A stretch of 63,420 nucleotides of DNA, the filler included. It is 13 parts of 13 records of this genome, joined end to end, with 100 filler letters (N's around TTAATTAATTAA, not from the genome) between each part and the next. Parts side by side here need not be neighbours in the genome. Positions count along the whole stretch, not along the records: positions 30,574 to 36,774 come from SRR7504441_19006; positions 36,875 to 41,204 come from SRR7504441_19012; positions 41,305 to 44,752 come from SRR7504441_19064; positions 44,853 to 48,288 come from SRR7504441_19072; 9 more parts are not named here. One strand, written 5' to 3'. Below the pieces are notes generated by a model, which was not told the DNA's origin, made no database searches, and saw only the letters and a program-made list of their open reading frames with translations. Of the stretch, positions 33,379 through 44,968 are shown one piece after another. Position 1 is the stretch's first letter. Each line of letters starts with the position of its first letter. Position numbers and translations under genes: made by a program.

Positions 33379-34371
33379 CTACTTGGTCGCAGCCAATACA
33401 TGTACCTTGTCGTGCTGCTCCTTTTCGAACGGACGGAGCCAATCAGGCTTCACTTGGCCTGAGCTAGTCGCACACGCCAAGTAGAACCTGAACCCATGCC
33501 AAATGCCAAACGCCGTCACTGTCACCAGCCACACGAGGTGGAACAATCTCGAACGATATGCTAGCGCCCCGATCGCACCCCCGGACACGGCAAGAGCGGC
33601 ATGAATCATGGTGAATTTGAGCTTGGACACTAGCCCTGGCTCGCCCAACCCAAGAGCGCCGATGAAATCTTCGGCTAGATAGGGCATCTTGGAGAGTCCA
33701 AACGGCAGCTGTACTAGGTCTCGCACGACAATCGCAGCAAAGTGGAAGCCGCACCACGGCAGATAAATGATGGTCACGAAATCAGCGAGCAGGCCCAGGA
33801 ACTCGCGTTCGGGCAGCTGGCCGCTCCAGCCGCGCATGGCCCAGGTGGCCCAGCAGGCGCCGTTGTGGATCCAGAAGTTGTTGGCGGCCTCCGGATGGTG
33901 CAGCAGCAGTTTCGACTTAAGGATCACAGCGAACAGCCCCAAGCTGTTCAGCCCGACGAACGCCGCCCGGTACGTGCCGTGCCCCGCACTCCCGGCGGCG
34001 ATGGACGCAAGGTCCAACGGGCCCCATACCGCCAGCGCACCGACGCACACCACCACCCGGCACCAATCGACCGAGTACCAGACCCACTCCACCTGCCAGT
34101 AAGCGGCGGCCGCCCCAAACGCCGACAGGTAGCACAGGCCGCCGATGAATCGGCCCGCGTCGTCCGCGTCGGTCGGGGAGGCGCGCGCGACGTCGTGGGT
34201 TACCCAGAGGAGGGCCAGGCCCAGCAGGGAGGCCCAGCAGAGGTTTGAGGCGGACGGGGCGACCCACTTGGGGTGGACCGTCATGGCGTAGACACCCCCG
34301 GGACTGACCAGCCACATGCGCGCCGCGGCCTTGTCCGACTCGCGGGTGGGCGTCTGGGACCCGACCACCAT
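33379..34371 (-). CDS. Polytopic membrane protein, possibly a divergent GPC1/GPCAT (DUF2838) acyltransferase
   Basis: About 8 hydrophobic segments; YSVDWC and SKLLLHHPEAANNFWIH..W..R resemble the recalled GPC1 motifs Y..DFC and NSLVFHS.DK..S..IH. Confidence 0.5.
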   Translation of the reverse strand: MVVGSQTPTRESDKAAARMWLVSPGGVYAMTVHPKWVAPSASNLCWASLLGLALLWVTHDVARASPTDADDAGRFIGGLCYLSAFGAAAAYWQVEWVWYSVDWCRVVVCVGALAVWGPLDLASIAAGSAGHGTYRAAFVGLNSLGLFAVILKSKLLLHHPEAANNFWIHNGACWATWAMRGWSGQLPEREFLGLLADFVTIIYLPWCGFHFAAIVVRDLVQLPFGLSKMPYLAEDFIGALGLGEPGLVSKLKFTMIHAALAVSGGAIGALAYRSRLFHLVWLVTVTAFGIWHGFRFYLACATSSGQVKPDWLRPFEKEQHDKVHVLAATK

Positions 34372-34451
34372 CTTGTCGCTCGTGTGTGATGCACTGTCGG
34401 TCTTGTGCGAGCCCAACCGCCGCCCACTTGACCGCTGTGAGGCGCCTGTCG

Positions 34452-35426
34452 ATGGACCCGGAGGAGGAGGAGGAGCTGCTGGGTCAGATGGCCGGGCTCA
34501 AGGCGGCCGCCGGGCGTGCAGAGGCCAGGCTGGGCCAGTCTGAGGCGGCGCTGGCTGCTGCCCGGGGCCGGATCGCCCAGCTGGAGCGCCGGCTGGAGGC
34601 GGCCGAGCTGGAGGTCGGCCAGATGCGCCGGGCCGCCTGCCAGCACACCGCGGCCCGGGAGGCCATGGCGGCCGACGTGGGGGCGGCCGACGCGGCCCGG
34701 GCCGAGGCTGTGGAGCTGCAGGCGGAGCTGGAGCGTGAGCGGGCCGCCCAGCAGGCCGCGGCCAAGGGGGAGCGGGAGGCCCAACAGGCCGCGCTGGCCG
34801 GGGTCGAACTGGAGCTGGCAGACTGCAGGGAAGAGCTGCGGCAGGAGCGGGCGCTGCGGACGGCGGAGGCAGGGGCGCACGCCAGGGAGAGGGAGGGCGG
34901 GCTGGCTGGGTGCGGGGCCCTGATGCGGCAGAAGGACGAGCTGGAGGCGAGGCTGCTGGAGCAGGCGGCCGAGCTGGCCGAGACGCGCGAACTGCGGCAG
35001 CGGGCGGAGGAGGCTCTGGACCGGGGGCACCAGCTGGAGAGCCAGGTGGAGCAGCTGAGGCTGAGGGAGCGGAGGAGGGCGGCAGCGGACAAAGCGGGCG
35101 GACTGGACGAGCAACGGACGCGGGTGTGGGCGCACCTGGCCAGGTTTGAGCCCGAGGCGGCACCGGTGCGGCTGGGCTGGCCGGGGGGGACGCTGCTGGC
35201 GGACGCTATGGCCGAGCTGGCGGGTCGGTCGGAGTGGGCTGGAAGGGGACAGGTTAGGGCGGTGTACAACGTAGGCTCCGGGGCGGTGCTCTTCCCGTCC
35301 ACCGCGCTGTGCACCGATTCGACTGTTTGGATGGCGTTCGAAGAGGACATGCTGCTCCTGGTGTCCGACCGGCCGCCCAGCCGGCAGACCAGTGAGGAGT
35401 TGATCAGACTCCGGAACTCAACTTAA
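34452..35426 (+). CDS. Coiled-coil protein with a small C-terminal globular domain
   Basis: ATG at 34452 (MDPEEEEELL), heptad-rich E/A/R/L sequence, TAA at 35426. Confidence 0.7.
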   Translation: MDPEEEEELLGQMAGLKAAAGRAEARLGQSEAALAAARGRIAQLERRLEAAELEVGQMRRAACQHTAAREAMAADVGAADAARAEAVELQAELERERAAQQAAAKGEREAQQAALAGVELELADCREELRQERALRTAEAGAHAREREGGLAGCGALMRQKDELEARLLEQAAELAETRELRQRAEEALDRGHQLESQVEQLRLRERRRAAADKAGGLDEQRTRVWAHLARFEPEAAPVRLGWPGGTLLADAMAELAGRSEWAGRGQVRAVYNVGSGAVLFPSTALCTDSTVWMAFEEDMLLLVSDRPPSRQTSEELIRLRNST

Positions 35427-35507
35427 GTCTTAAGGCGCATCGAGCTCTTGGCCGCCGCATTAATTATCAACTTGTAAATCCTAATTGTAAAGGCGCATTG
35501 CTCGATT

Positions 35508-36478
35508 TTAATTAATTGATCCGACGAGCAGCGTGTGTGGCTCCCATTGGGAGGAAGCCTTTAGTCGCGCTAGAGCTGAGTCATTAATGATTAGGGAGGA
35601 TTCCGTATTTAGCAGTGCTTCGACACCTTCCAAGAGACGGCAGAGAGCCCCGGGATCCCTGGCCCCACTCAGCCCGGCCCGCCCCGCCCGCACCGACGCC
35701 CTGCCCCACTTGGGTGCTTGGCTGCACTGCACTCGCGCGAGGCTCGCAGGCCTGCTTGTGCAGCACCAGCGGTTCTGTGCTCACCTGCGGCCCCTCTGGC
35801 GCCTGCCCGGCCGCCCGGCTGCCTTGGGTCTGTGCACCAGCACCCGCGGCTTGCGTCCCCCCGAGCTCCGCCGGCTCTCTGCTGGCTCCGCACTGGCAGG
35901 CTCCGGCGCCGGCTTGGGCTTGCGCGGCTTGTCGGCCGGGCCTGTCTTCTTCCGTCGGCTGGCCGGGCGTGGGATCCGGGAGGCTTTGATCTTCTCGGCC
36001 GGACTACTCACTGGCTCCTCCTCCCTCCTCGGGTGCGCCAGCGGGCTGGATCCGGCCTGGCCCCGCGAGGCGGCCAGTCGGTCCATGTCCAGCCGCAGCG
36101 CCCCACGACCCGGCGTCTCGGCGGGGGCGGCCACCTGTCGGCCAGTCGGGCGGGCGGTGCGGGGGGGGGGCACCCCGCGGCTCTGTTTGGGTCCGCCGTG
36201 CATCTTGCGCCAGGAGCTCGATCCAGCGCGGCGGGCAGGAGGGATCCGAGGGGCTGGGTCCGGGGCGGCTGCCCGCCGGTCGGGCCGGTAGCTGGGGGGG
36301 TGGGGGCACATAGGAATCTCTTCATGGCCTCGCCGCTGGTCTGGTTGCGGTAATGTGAGCTGATCCGGACAGATGGGCGGTCCCCGAGCATGTTGCCTGT
36401 GCTGGGGTCGGCCTGGACGGCTAGGGCGCCACCCTGGTTCTGAGTGCCGGCGCCTGGCAGGTGGTAGTGCCCCGGCAT
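35508..36478 (-). CDS. Basic disordered protein with an N-terminal SPIRAL1/Jupiter-like motif, spliced
   Basis: Removing a 36-nt in-frame GT..CAG intron gives TQNQGNMLGDRPSVRI, similar to SPR1 GQNTGNFLTDRPSTKV as recalled. Confidence 0.5.
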
Positions 36479-36874
36479 CAGTGACGAGCGAGCAGGGTCC
36501 CAGCTACGGCATCCAAACCCTCAAAGCTCTCTGCCAATTTCGATCAACGGAACCGCCGATGCCCGCAGTGCCGCTGCCGTGGCTGGACGACAGCTGGGGG
36601 ATCCTGTGCTGCTGCGGCATTTCGTTTGTGGGCCGTGGCGCGATCGAGGACGGCCCGCCCGCGAGCACGGACACGCGTGACGCGGATGGGAATAGAGACT
36701 GCCGCAAGAAGAATTTGATCCACGCGTGGAGGCACCACGAGTGCTAGGACATGCTGTGCGGACAAACGTGATTGNNNNNNNNNNNNNNNNNNNNNNNNNN
36801 NNNNNNNNNNNNNNNNNNTTAATTAATTAANNNNNNNNNNNNNNNNNNNNNNNNNNNNNNNNNNNNNNNNNNNN

Positions 36875-39800
36875 GTCGACGCTGGTCCTTGGTGCGAGCT
36901 GCAGCTCCTCCTGAAGTCGAACTCCGACCTTACCGCAGTCCTTGGTGCCTGGTGGACATGCCGGACCCGGTGGTGGCACCCCTGCCGGACCCGCCACCCG
37001 GGAGCTGATGCCCTGGGTCTGGAGGTCGGAACCGCCCCGGGGCATTTGCACGGGTCCCGCCCCAGCACCTGGCGCGTGTCCCGACCCGGCATGTCCAATA
37101 GAGCTCAATCTGGATTGAAGAGGCCGATTGCACTGCTGCAAGCACCCATGCATGATCTGTAGCCAGAGAACGCTTGAGCTTCTCTAGTGTCTGAAGATGC
37201 AACTGAAGTGCAGGCTGAAGCATTCCCAGCTGGTCACACAAGTTTGCAATCCATCCTAGGACTATCACTGCCTCTGGGTGCCAACTTCCAAACACACTGG
37301 ATCTCAGCTCTGAAACCCTCTTGAGCAACTCCCTCGCTCGCTCATACCCATTAGGATTGAAAAGCTTGCCAGCTTGCACCACCATTGCGTCTGCCATCGC
37401 CAGCTGGATGCTTTTGAGCCGCTGCCCGCCCAGTCGCTCCTCCAGAGATGTGGCAGCTTCAAGTATCGAAATCGCCTGGCCCAGATGCTGCCGTTCGGCC
37501 AGTTGCAAGAGTCCTGTCGTTAACAGCGGCATCACAGCCATTGAAGTTCCCTCATGCACGCGACAATTAACGTGACGTAATTGCTCTCTAGAATGCCTGA
37601 ATCGGTGCTGGGCGCAGCTAGCCAGGGCTAGTAGAATCCTTGCCTCTGGTTCCCGGTGACTACCCTGGCGCCTCTCGATCGCCTTCGCTGCCAGTTCTGC
37701 AGCCGATTGGAACTTACCTAACTGCAGTTGCAACCACCCACAAGCTGCTAAAAGCCCCGGATCATGCCATGTCTCAGCCGCTGTCCGGTACGCAGCTGCC
37801 ACCACCACCGCCTCTGGCTTGCCGGCTATTCTCCACAGGCTTAGCAACCGACCAGTGCTACCACATGAGTCAAATCCAGGTACTGGTGATCTTCTTTCTA
37901 GCAAATACAAATCGTCGCCACCATCGCCAGCTTCATCTGCAGGGCCAGAAGAACCAAAGTGGCAGAGATACAGACCACGGAACACACGCGGTGTGAGCAA
38001 CAGTTGCTGTAAAGAGTCATAGTAGCCTAGTCCCACCAGAGCATTTGGGTACTCTTGCATCGACCGTTCGAGCTGTTCTGCTGACAGCAGCTCGTCTCCA
38101 ACGAAGAACACCGCTGCAAGGGCTGCATGTGCAATATTGCGAGGGCCCAGTGAAGCGTGATCAAGGATGTCCTGAGCAGCCTGAGGAACAGGGTCGTCGC
38201 CCGGCAGGTCTTTTACTGGCGACCAGTGATGTGAAAGTAGCGGTGGGGTCTTTCCCCGCACTAACCGGGGAGGTCTTGAAGCTGACGAGTCCTGATCAAG
38301 CAGTCTGCGAAGTGGGAGAACTGGGCTAAATGATGAGCTTGGCCTCGCGAGCTTCTTCATTAAAGACGCCCGGCGGGGGGAGACAGCAGGTGTGGTGGCT
38401 TGCCATGAAGCATGAACCAGGTCCACGACGTGTCTATTGGCGAGTGCAAGCCGGTCTGTGCCTGGGAGCTCGCGTATCAGTGTGCATCCACGTCCCAAAT
38501 CCAGTAAGAGCAAGAGATCGTGTGAAGTGACTGCCGACTCCTCGCGAAACCCCAGCCGCGCCAGTCCCAGCCCAGCCTCCGTACAGGTGAGCCCTCGTTG
38601 GGCCACGGCCAGCAGCTGGACTAATGCGGCCACCCAACCACCCCCAAGCCGCTCATCGACTGTTGGGGAATCCACAGCAAACATTGGCTTCTCAGTAGCT
38701 GCCCACCCGTAGGTCCTTGCGGCCCGTTGAAGCACCATGTGGACCAATTGCTGCAGTTTCGTACAAACAAGATACGCCTGCAGCTGATGATGAATCAAAT
38801 GAGGCTCTTTGATTGCTCGGCATTCTGCAGCCACAATAGCCAGGAAAAGCGGGGTAGAGGCAAGAGGATGCCCGACGAGCTTTGCGCTGGAGGCTGGGTC
38901 GATCTTTGTGCCTCGTAATTGGTCATTTAGGATGATGGCTCGGCAAAGCTGTGCATCTGTCCACTTCCCCAGTTGAGTTGCCGAGACGCGGCTAATCTGC
39001 TCCTCCTCTACTTGATCTTGCTCCAGGCTAGGCAGCTCCAGAATCATGTAGCTTCCCCGTTCTGACAGCCGAGTAATAGCAACAGCTGAAAGAGGCTGAT
39101 CTACTGAGATTACTATCAGCGTGCTATCTGGCACACAACTTGGCAGCCACTCCAGTCCCTCACCCAGCCGGTCAGCCCCATCCACCACCAAGACTAGCCT
39201 TTTATCCGGGTCTGCTGCTACAACCGCCTCCGCTAACCCGGCTGGCCCACCGCTGCGCACGCCTGGCAACCCAGAGACAAGTTGCTCGAGCGCTGGGCCT
39301 GGTTCTGCATTGACCTCTACGGTACGCGACTCCACGCCATCAAGTCCAGCTGTCCAGCCTGCTAAAGTAGCAGTTTTGCCGACTCCTGCAGCTCCCACGA
39401 GCACCGCGACTGCCCCCTGCTGGCTCAGAAGCAGCCTGCTGAGCTCTGCTTGGGCGTGGGATTGGGCCTTCGTGTACGATAGCTGAGGGACATGCGTCGC
39501 TAAAGAGGTGTCCATGAGTACCGCGCTCCAGTCTTGATGGAGCATCGTCTCGAGTTCGTCGAGCGTGCTGTACCACCTTATGGCGCTTGTTGGCTCCAGC
39601 AGTTCCACCACTCGATCCATCTTGGGATCGTCTCGGTCTGGCTGCCCTCGGGCATACACGAACCGCTTGGTCCTATCCTCGCTGCCGCGAACAGCATGCC
39701 TGACACACAGCTCCAACGGACTGCACGCGGCCGCCTCGCCCTGCGCCACCCACTCCTGTCCGTGCAGGGTGCAAACTCTCCACTCGTCCGCCAGCTCCAG

Positions 39801-40100
39801 CGGCGGCGGCTCGTCCGACCGGGTGCGGTGCGGCCCGTAATCGTTGCCGAGGATCGCAATCAGCCAGCCGTCGGCGCGGTCAATCAGCTCCAGGCTCAGC
39901 CGCACGCGGTGCCCCGGCTGGCCCTGCGGCTTGCCTCCCGCCCGCCAGGGCACCACCGTCGGGGCAAACAGGACCCCGGCCCCGGCCGCTGCCGCCCGCA
40001 GCTCGGCCAGCACCCCGCCGGGCCGGGCGAGCTGGGCTATCTCGGCTTGGGTGTCCGGACTGGCCAGCACGAACGGCCGCAGCTCCGGCCGGCCTGCCAT
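36875..40100 (-). CDS. TTC41/NPHP3-like protein (DUF4062-like, NACHT-type P-loop, TPRs), 3' end uncertain
   Basis: ATG at 40100 (MAGRPELRPFV), IAILGNDYG, Walker A GAAGVGKT, Walker B LVLVVDGADRL, PLFL..VA.E, GWV..L..L....GL...E, and kinesin-light-chain-type TPRs (FGSWHPE, LATDHAW). Confidence 0.75.
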
Positions 40101-40161
40101 CCGAGCCTCCGGCGATGATCCCGAAAAAACCTTCAGCAGCTGCAGGGGGGCCTGGCTGAGG

Positions 40162-40902
40162 ATGGCCGAGCCGCCCGAGGAGGGTTCGCTGGAGCAGGCG
40201 ATGGCGGACTGGCAGTCGGCCTCGAGCCAGATCGACCAGCTGCTCCAGCAGGCCCAGAGCCCCGACCCGCCCGCCCGCCCACCGGCCCACAAGCCGCCCG
40301 CTGCCGAGGCAGCCCCCGGCAAGGCCGTGGAGAAGGCGCTGCTGGCGGAGTCGGGCGTGACTGGCCCGCCGCCGGCAGCCAGAGCGAAGGTCGCCGCGGA
40401 GGAGGCGGCGATGCGGGCGAGGGTGGCCGAGAAACAAGCGGCCAAGGCGGCCGCGGCGGAGGCAGCGAAGGCGGAGGCAACCAGGGCCAGGCCAGCCGCG
40501 GAGGCGGCCAAGCTCGCGGGACGAGGGGAGTCGGTGCAGCGCGGCGTGAGGGGCCCAGCTGGGCGGGAGCGGCAGCTGGCTAGTGGCAGGCGGGAGCAGT
40601 CCGGGGGAGAGGAGGGCCAGCCGGATGGGATGGCGCTGCTTCTGGCGGACAGCCTGGAGAGGTCCAACATGCGGTGAACCGTGGCGCCGCACCGGCTGAC
40701 TGACGGCTGTTGCAGGTTCTGTGCTACGGAGCCGAGTAGGCAGCGCGCAGCTTGCAGCCGGCCTGGTGCTGCAGCGGCTAGCCCTTGGGTCGAGTGGATC
40801 GAGCGCGCCAGGAAACTAAACGAGTTGGACTTGAACAACCAACGCGAGCAAGCACAGGCGATTGCGCTGGCCAAGGAGTTGGTTTGCACTGCACCCACGT
40901 GA
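40162..40902 (+). CDS. Hypothetical Ala/Glu-rich protein, at least 2 introns
   Basis: ATG at 40162 head-to-head with the TTC41-like gene; GT..CTGAC..CAG introns join it to ORF 40681..40902. Confidence 0.6.
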
Positions 40903-41318
40903 AAGAATAGCTATGAAACCGCATCGTACGAGATTAATTAAGCACTAATTAAGCACGAGCCCACCAGTATGGGACCCCGCAATTACGTACAACGAGGACT
41001 AGTATCGCGCCTGGGAGTTCATTTATAGGTTTATTGAAGCGTATGAGTTAAGAATAAACCGGGCTAGCTAAGGTGTGACGGTCTGACGCGCAGCTTCACA
41101 CTGACAAGTAGCTATAGCTACAGAGCTCTGTACATAACTAGTACTGCCGCAGCCCGAGCTAACGACTTTTTCGGCCGGCACCGGGCAGGGGGACGAGCAC
41201 ACGGNNNNNNNNNNNNNNNNNNNNNNNNNNNNNNNNNNNNNNNNNNNNTTAATTAATTAANNNNNNNNNNNNNNNNNNNNNNNNNNNNNNNNNNNNNNNN
41301 NNNNGAGCCGTCTGGGAG

Positions 41319-42785
41319 CTAGCTACTCCCATCACAATCTGTCTGCCATGATGTTACATAAGCAGGTAAGCTGCTCGTCGTGATCATGCCGGCACCGATC
41401 AGGGCCCGCACCCGGCCTCGCTGGCCTCGACCTCGCGCCGCATCTTCTCCAGATACTTATCCCGTCGCTCATTAATCGCCTTGACTCGCTCTAGGATCCT
41501 CTCGGTGGTCCTTTGGCTCCGCGGGTCTGCAATCAGCTCCGAGAACAGCTGCGACTCCTCCGGCGCGTGGCAGCCTGTCCCCGCTCGCAACGGCCAGCGG
41601 CTGGTGCATACCGGGCGGCAGTTTGTAATAAAACCGCCATGACCGCCAGCCGCGTGACATGTTGAGGTTTTGCCACTGTTTCATCGCTCTCATGAATCGC
41701 TCCAAATAAACCTCCCGCCACTTGCGCCAGGCCTGCGCCAGCTTGCTGTGCATCATCGCCCGCACCGCCTGCGCCCCTAGCTCGCCCCCGCCCCCGGCCT
41801 TAACTATCACCTTGTTGAGCCGCTCGCACTGCAACTCAAACACAGCTCGCCACTTATTCCACGCCCGCGTCCGCTCGCTGTTCCGGAGGAAGCCGAGCCC
41901 CTGCGCGAGCATCTGCCGCGACCGGAGCGTCTCCTCGTACCACTCGCGGTAACGGTTCCAGCCGCGAGCAAGGTCTCTGTTCCTCATGAACCCGAGCCCT
42001 TTGCGCATAACAGCCATCAATTCGAGCTGATCGTTGTACCACTCCCTGTAGGTGCTCCATGCCCGGGCCAGGTCCCTATTCCGCATGAAGCCGAGCCCGC
42101 GCCGGAGCAGCAGAAGCATTTCCGTTAGCTCCAGATACCAGTCCTGGTACCGATTCCAAGCTTTGGCAAGCTCCCTATTCCTCATGTATCCCAACCCCCT
42201 CCGGAGCTGGTCCAGCATGGCCAGCTGCTCCCGGTACGCCTCCCGCCACCCGTTCCAGCCCCGCGCCAGATCCCGGTTCCGCAGAAACCCGAGACCTTTC
42301 CGCAGGATGGCCTGCATCGCCAGCTGGTCCGCGTAGAAGCTCCGCCAGGTGTTCCAGCCCCGGCCGAGCTCCCTGTTGCGCATGTGCCCCGCCGCCCGTC
42401 CGAGCAGCTCCCGAGCCCGCAGGTAGCGCGCCCGCCAGCCCCGCCAGCCCTTGTACAGCGGGGCGTTGCGCAGTGCCCGCCCACCTCTGAGGAAGAGCCG
42501 GAGTTTGCGCCACTCTCCAAGCAGCTTGGATAGCGAGGACCGCCGCCAGTGCCCGAGCGCCCGCCAGGCCCGGTCGGGGTTGGGCTCGAAGGTCTCTGGA
42601 GACACCGGGCCGGGCCGGGCGCCAAATCGTTGGCGGAGTACAGGGCCTACGCACTCGTCGCAGAGCATGGCATTGTACCCGACCAGCCGGGCGCACTCGA
42701 TTCGCTCGCAGATTGGCGCGCAGCGGTACGCCCGCCCAGCGCTCACCGCCGGCTGCCCGCCCGCGCTGGAGCTCGAGGCGAGCAT
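41319..42785 (-). CDS. Sfi1-like centrin-binding repeat protein, spliced
   Basis: About 6-8 tandem 33-aa units (LRKGLGFMRNRDLARGWNxWREWY) with periodic Trp; two 3' introns lead to TAG at 41319. Confidence 0.7.
41850..42460 (-). repeat. 99-bp coding tandem repeat (Sfi1-like units)
   Basis: Recurring (M/L)RNR(D/E)L(A/G)R(G/A)WN every 33 codons. Confidence 0.85.
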
Positions 42786-42857
42786 GCTGCGCCCTCTCAC
42801 GGTGTCTCTGGAGCCGCAACGACAGCGGTTTCGTGAGCTGCGATTGGTGGCGATCGG

Positions 42858-43443
42858 ATGGCACTCTTGGCCGCTGCCAGCTCGGGCGACGCCCAGCAGG
42901 TGGGCAGGGCTCGGGCGGTTGGTCGGATGGGTGCGCGGCAGGTGTATGCGCTCTCGGGCGAGGGCGCCAATCTGGCCCAAGCCAATCAGGCGCCTCGGCC
43001 TGCCGTGGGCGTCCGCGCGAGCCCCCGGGCGCAGGACGGCGATACCGCGCTCCACCTGGCGGCCGCGGCGGGGCACCAGACAGCCTGTGAGCTGCTGCTG
43101 CTCAAGGGCGCCGATAAGCTGGACGCGAACGCGGTGCTCCCCGTCAGGGCTCGGGCTTTGGCTGACCGTGGACAGGCCGGCAAGACTGCGGGGCAGCTGG
43201 CGAGGGATAACGGACACACCGACCTGGCGACGCTCATCGCCGGTGCGTGCGCAACCGGGCGGGCTGACCGGCCGGGGACAGAGTTTGAGCCGTCGGGTGC
43301 CACGCTGAGCCGAGCGGTTGGCGACGTGCGGGCCGGGCCGGGCCGGGGCTGAGCATATGGGGCAGCTGGACGCCCACCTGACGAGGCGGTTCGCGGCGAT
43401 TGAGAAGCGATTGGAGGGGCTCGGGGCCGGGGCAGAGATGTGA
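42858..43443 (+). CDS. Small ankyrin-repeat protein, 5 introns
   Basis: After splicing: LLAAASSGDAQQVYALSGEGANLAQANQDGDTALHLAAAAGHQTACELLLLKGADKLDANAAGKTAGQLARDNGHTDLATLI. Confidence 0.85.
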
Positions 43444-43541
43444 TTAGATAGGCGCAGGGCCTGCCCTTTGCGGGGCACGCATTGTAAATAAAGCGCGTTC
43501 AATGGCACTTAAGTAGACGACTTTGATCTGTAATCAATTAA

Positions 43542-44471
43542 TCATAAGCCCAACATATCGCGAATATCGCACAATACAGCCTCGGCACCCTCGTCGAACG
43601 AGATGCCGCGCTCCACGCTGCTCGGGATGAACGACTCGCGAGGGTTGATTCGGATCAGACTTCCGTCGAACACCCGAGCCAGGCGCTCGGCCGTGTTCCT
43701 GGCAGTCGGCACCGCTGTGCCACTCCCTATATCTATAACCACCAGCGATCCCTGATCGCGCTCCATCTCGGCCAGCCATTGGTTCATCCGGTGCTGCTGA
43801 GCCTCTGTGCGACTGCCGACCCAGTGCCAGTCTCCAAACATGAGTATATTCGGCCTTGCCAGCTCGCCGCCCGGCATATGTGGCAGCCGCCCTACAGCGC
43901 GGAAGGTCTCCGGGTCCACATCCACGGCATCCTGCATCTCCAGGATCTCACCGCCCGTCCCGTACACCCCCTGAATGTGGTGGATCGAGCCGTGGCACTC
44001 CACGATTCTCGCGCCATCCACCCCGGCCCGCTGAAACTGCCCGTCCACGTTGCTCGTGAACGCAAACAGCCCGTGATCTGAGCATCTGGCCGCCATTTGG
44101 CTGAGCGCATTGAACCCCTGATGCGGCACAGTCCGCCGGTAGAGACCCAGTCGGTGGCCGTAGAAGCCCCAGGCGAACTCAGGGTCCCGGTCGAAATGCG
44201 ACGGGTCGGCGCACTCGCTGAAGCTGAGTCCGAGCTTGGCCATCGGCGGGTACGCCCGCCAGAACCCCTGATTCCCACGGAAGTCAGGCAGCCCGCTGTC
44301 CACCCCCATCCCGGCTCCGCACGTGACCAGCAGCCCGTTGCTCGCCTGGACTGCCGCGGCCGCCTGCTCCAGGCGCTCGGACCGGCTGAGCGTCTGGCAT
44401 CGCCGGCAGCCGGCCGCTGAGCGCCCGTGCACCGCTGGGGCGCCGAGCTGCAGCCCCCGCGCCGCCAGCAT
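43542..44471 (-). CDS. SIR2-family NAD-dependent deacylase, bacterial-type, with a probable mitochondrial presequence
   Basis: GAGMGVDSGLPDFRG..GFW, FTSNVDGQF, ECHGSIH, RPNILMFGD, IGSGTAVPT, LIRINPRE; Arg/Ala-rich N-terminus; intronless. Confidence 0.92.
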   Translation of the reverse strand: MLAARGLQLGAPAVHGRSAAGCRRCQTLSRSERLEQAAAAVQASNGLLVTCGAGMGVDSGLPDFRGNQGFWRAYPPMAKLGLSFSECADPSHFDRDPEFAWGFYGHRLGLYRRTVPHQGFNALSQMAARCSDHGLFAFTSNVDGQFQRAGVDGARIVECHGSIHHIQGVYGTGGEILEMQDAVDVDPETFRAVGRLPHMPGGELARPNILMFGDWHWVGSRTEAQQHRMNQWLAEMERDQGSLVVIDIGSGTAVPTARNTAERLARVFDGSLIRINPRESFIPSSVERGISFDEGAEAVLCDIRDMLGL

Positions 44472-44968
44472 GCTGCCCAGTCTCAGCCAGGCCGCACACG
44501 CCCACACGTGACCGTTAAAATAAACGGGGACTACGTACCTGGTTAGTCCTGGTACCAGTTCGATGTAATTCACGGTGTATACGATGTATAATAATGTCAA
44601 ATAGTGTATCAAACGCGCAGCCGTAGCTATAGATTAGCTATATATAAGCCGCCTGTCGGAGCCGACCGCGTTTCTATGCAACAGTCTCTAATGTATGCAG
44701 CATTCGTCTCGAGCTGGCGGCGTCTCAAAAGCTCATGCTAGCGCGAGTCTCTNNNNNNNNNNNNNNNNNNNNNNNNNNNNNNNNNNNNNNNNNNNNTTAA
44801 TTAATTAANNNNNNNNNNNNNNNNNNNNNNNNNNNNNNNNNNNNNNNNNNNNTTAGTGTTGTGAAATAAACATAACATAACAAGGCCGCAGCAGACCTGA
44901 TCAGGTCGCTCGGAACTGCTCAAATAATATTCCTTGACGGTTTGGACTTCTTCACAACAACAAAAACA

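Noticed and set aside
36559-36747. Small plus-strand ORF 80 nt from the divergent ATG at 36478
   Set aside because: Fits the head-to-head pattern but has no recognisable motif and lies at a contig end.
40101-43508. N-terminal extensions of ORFs 36930..40898 and 41472..43508, and many other long antisense ORFs
   Set aside because: Shadow frames of GC-rich genes on the opposite strand; better-supported starts are at 40100 and 42785.
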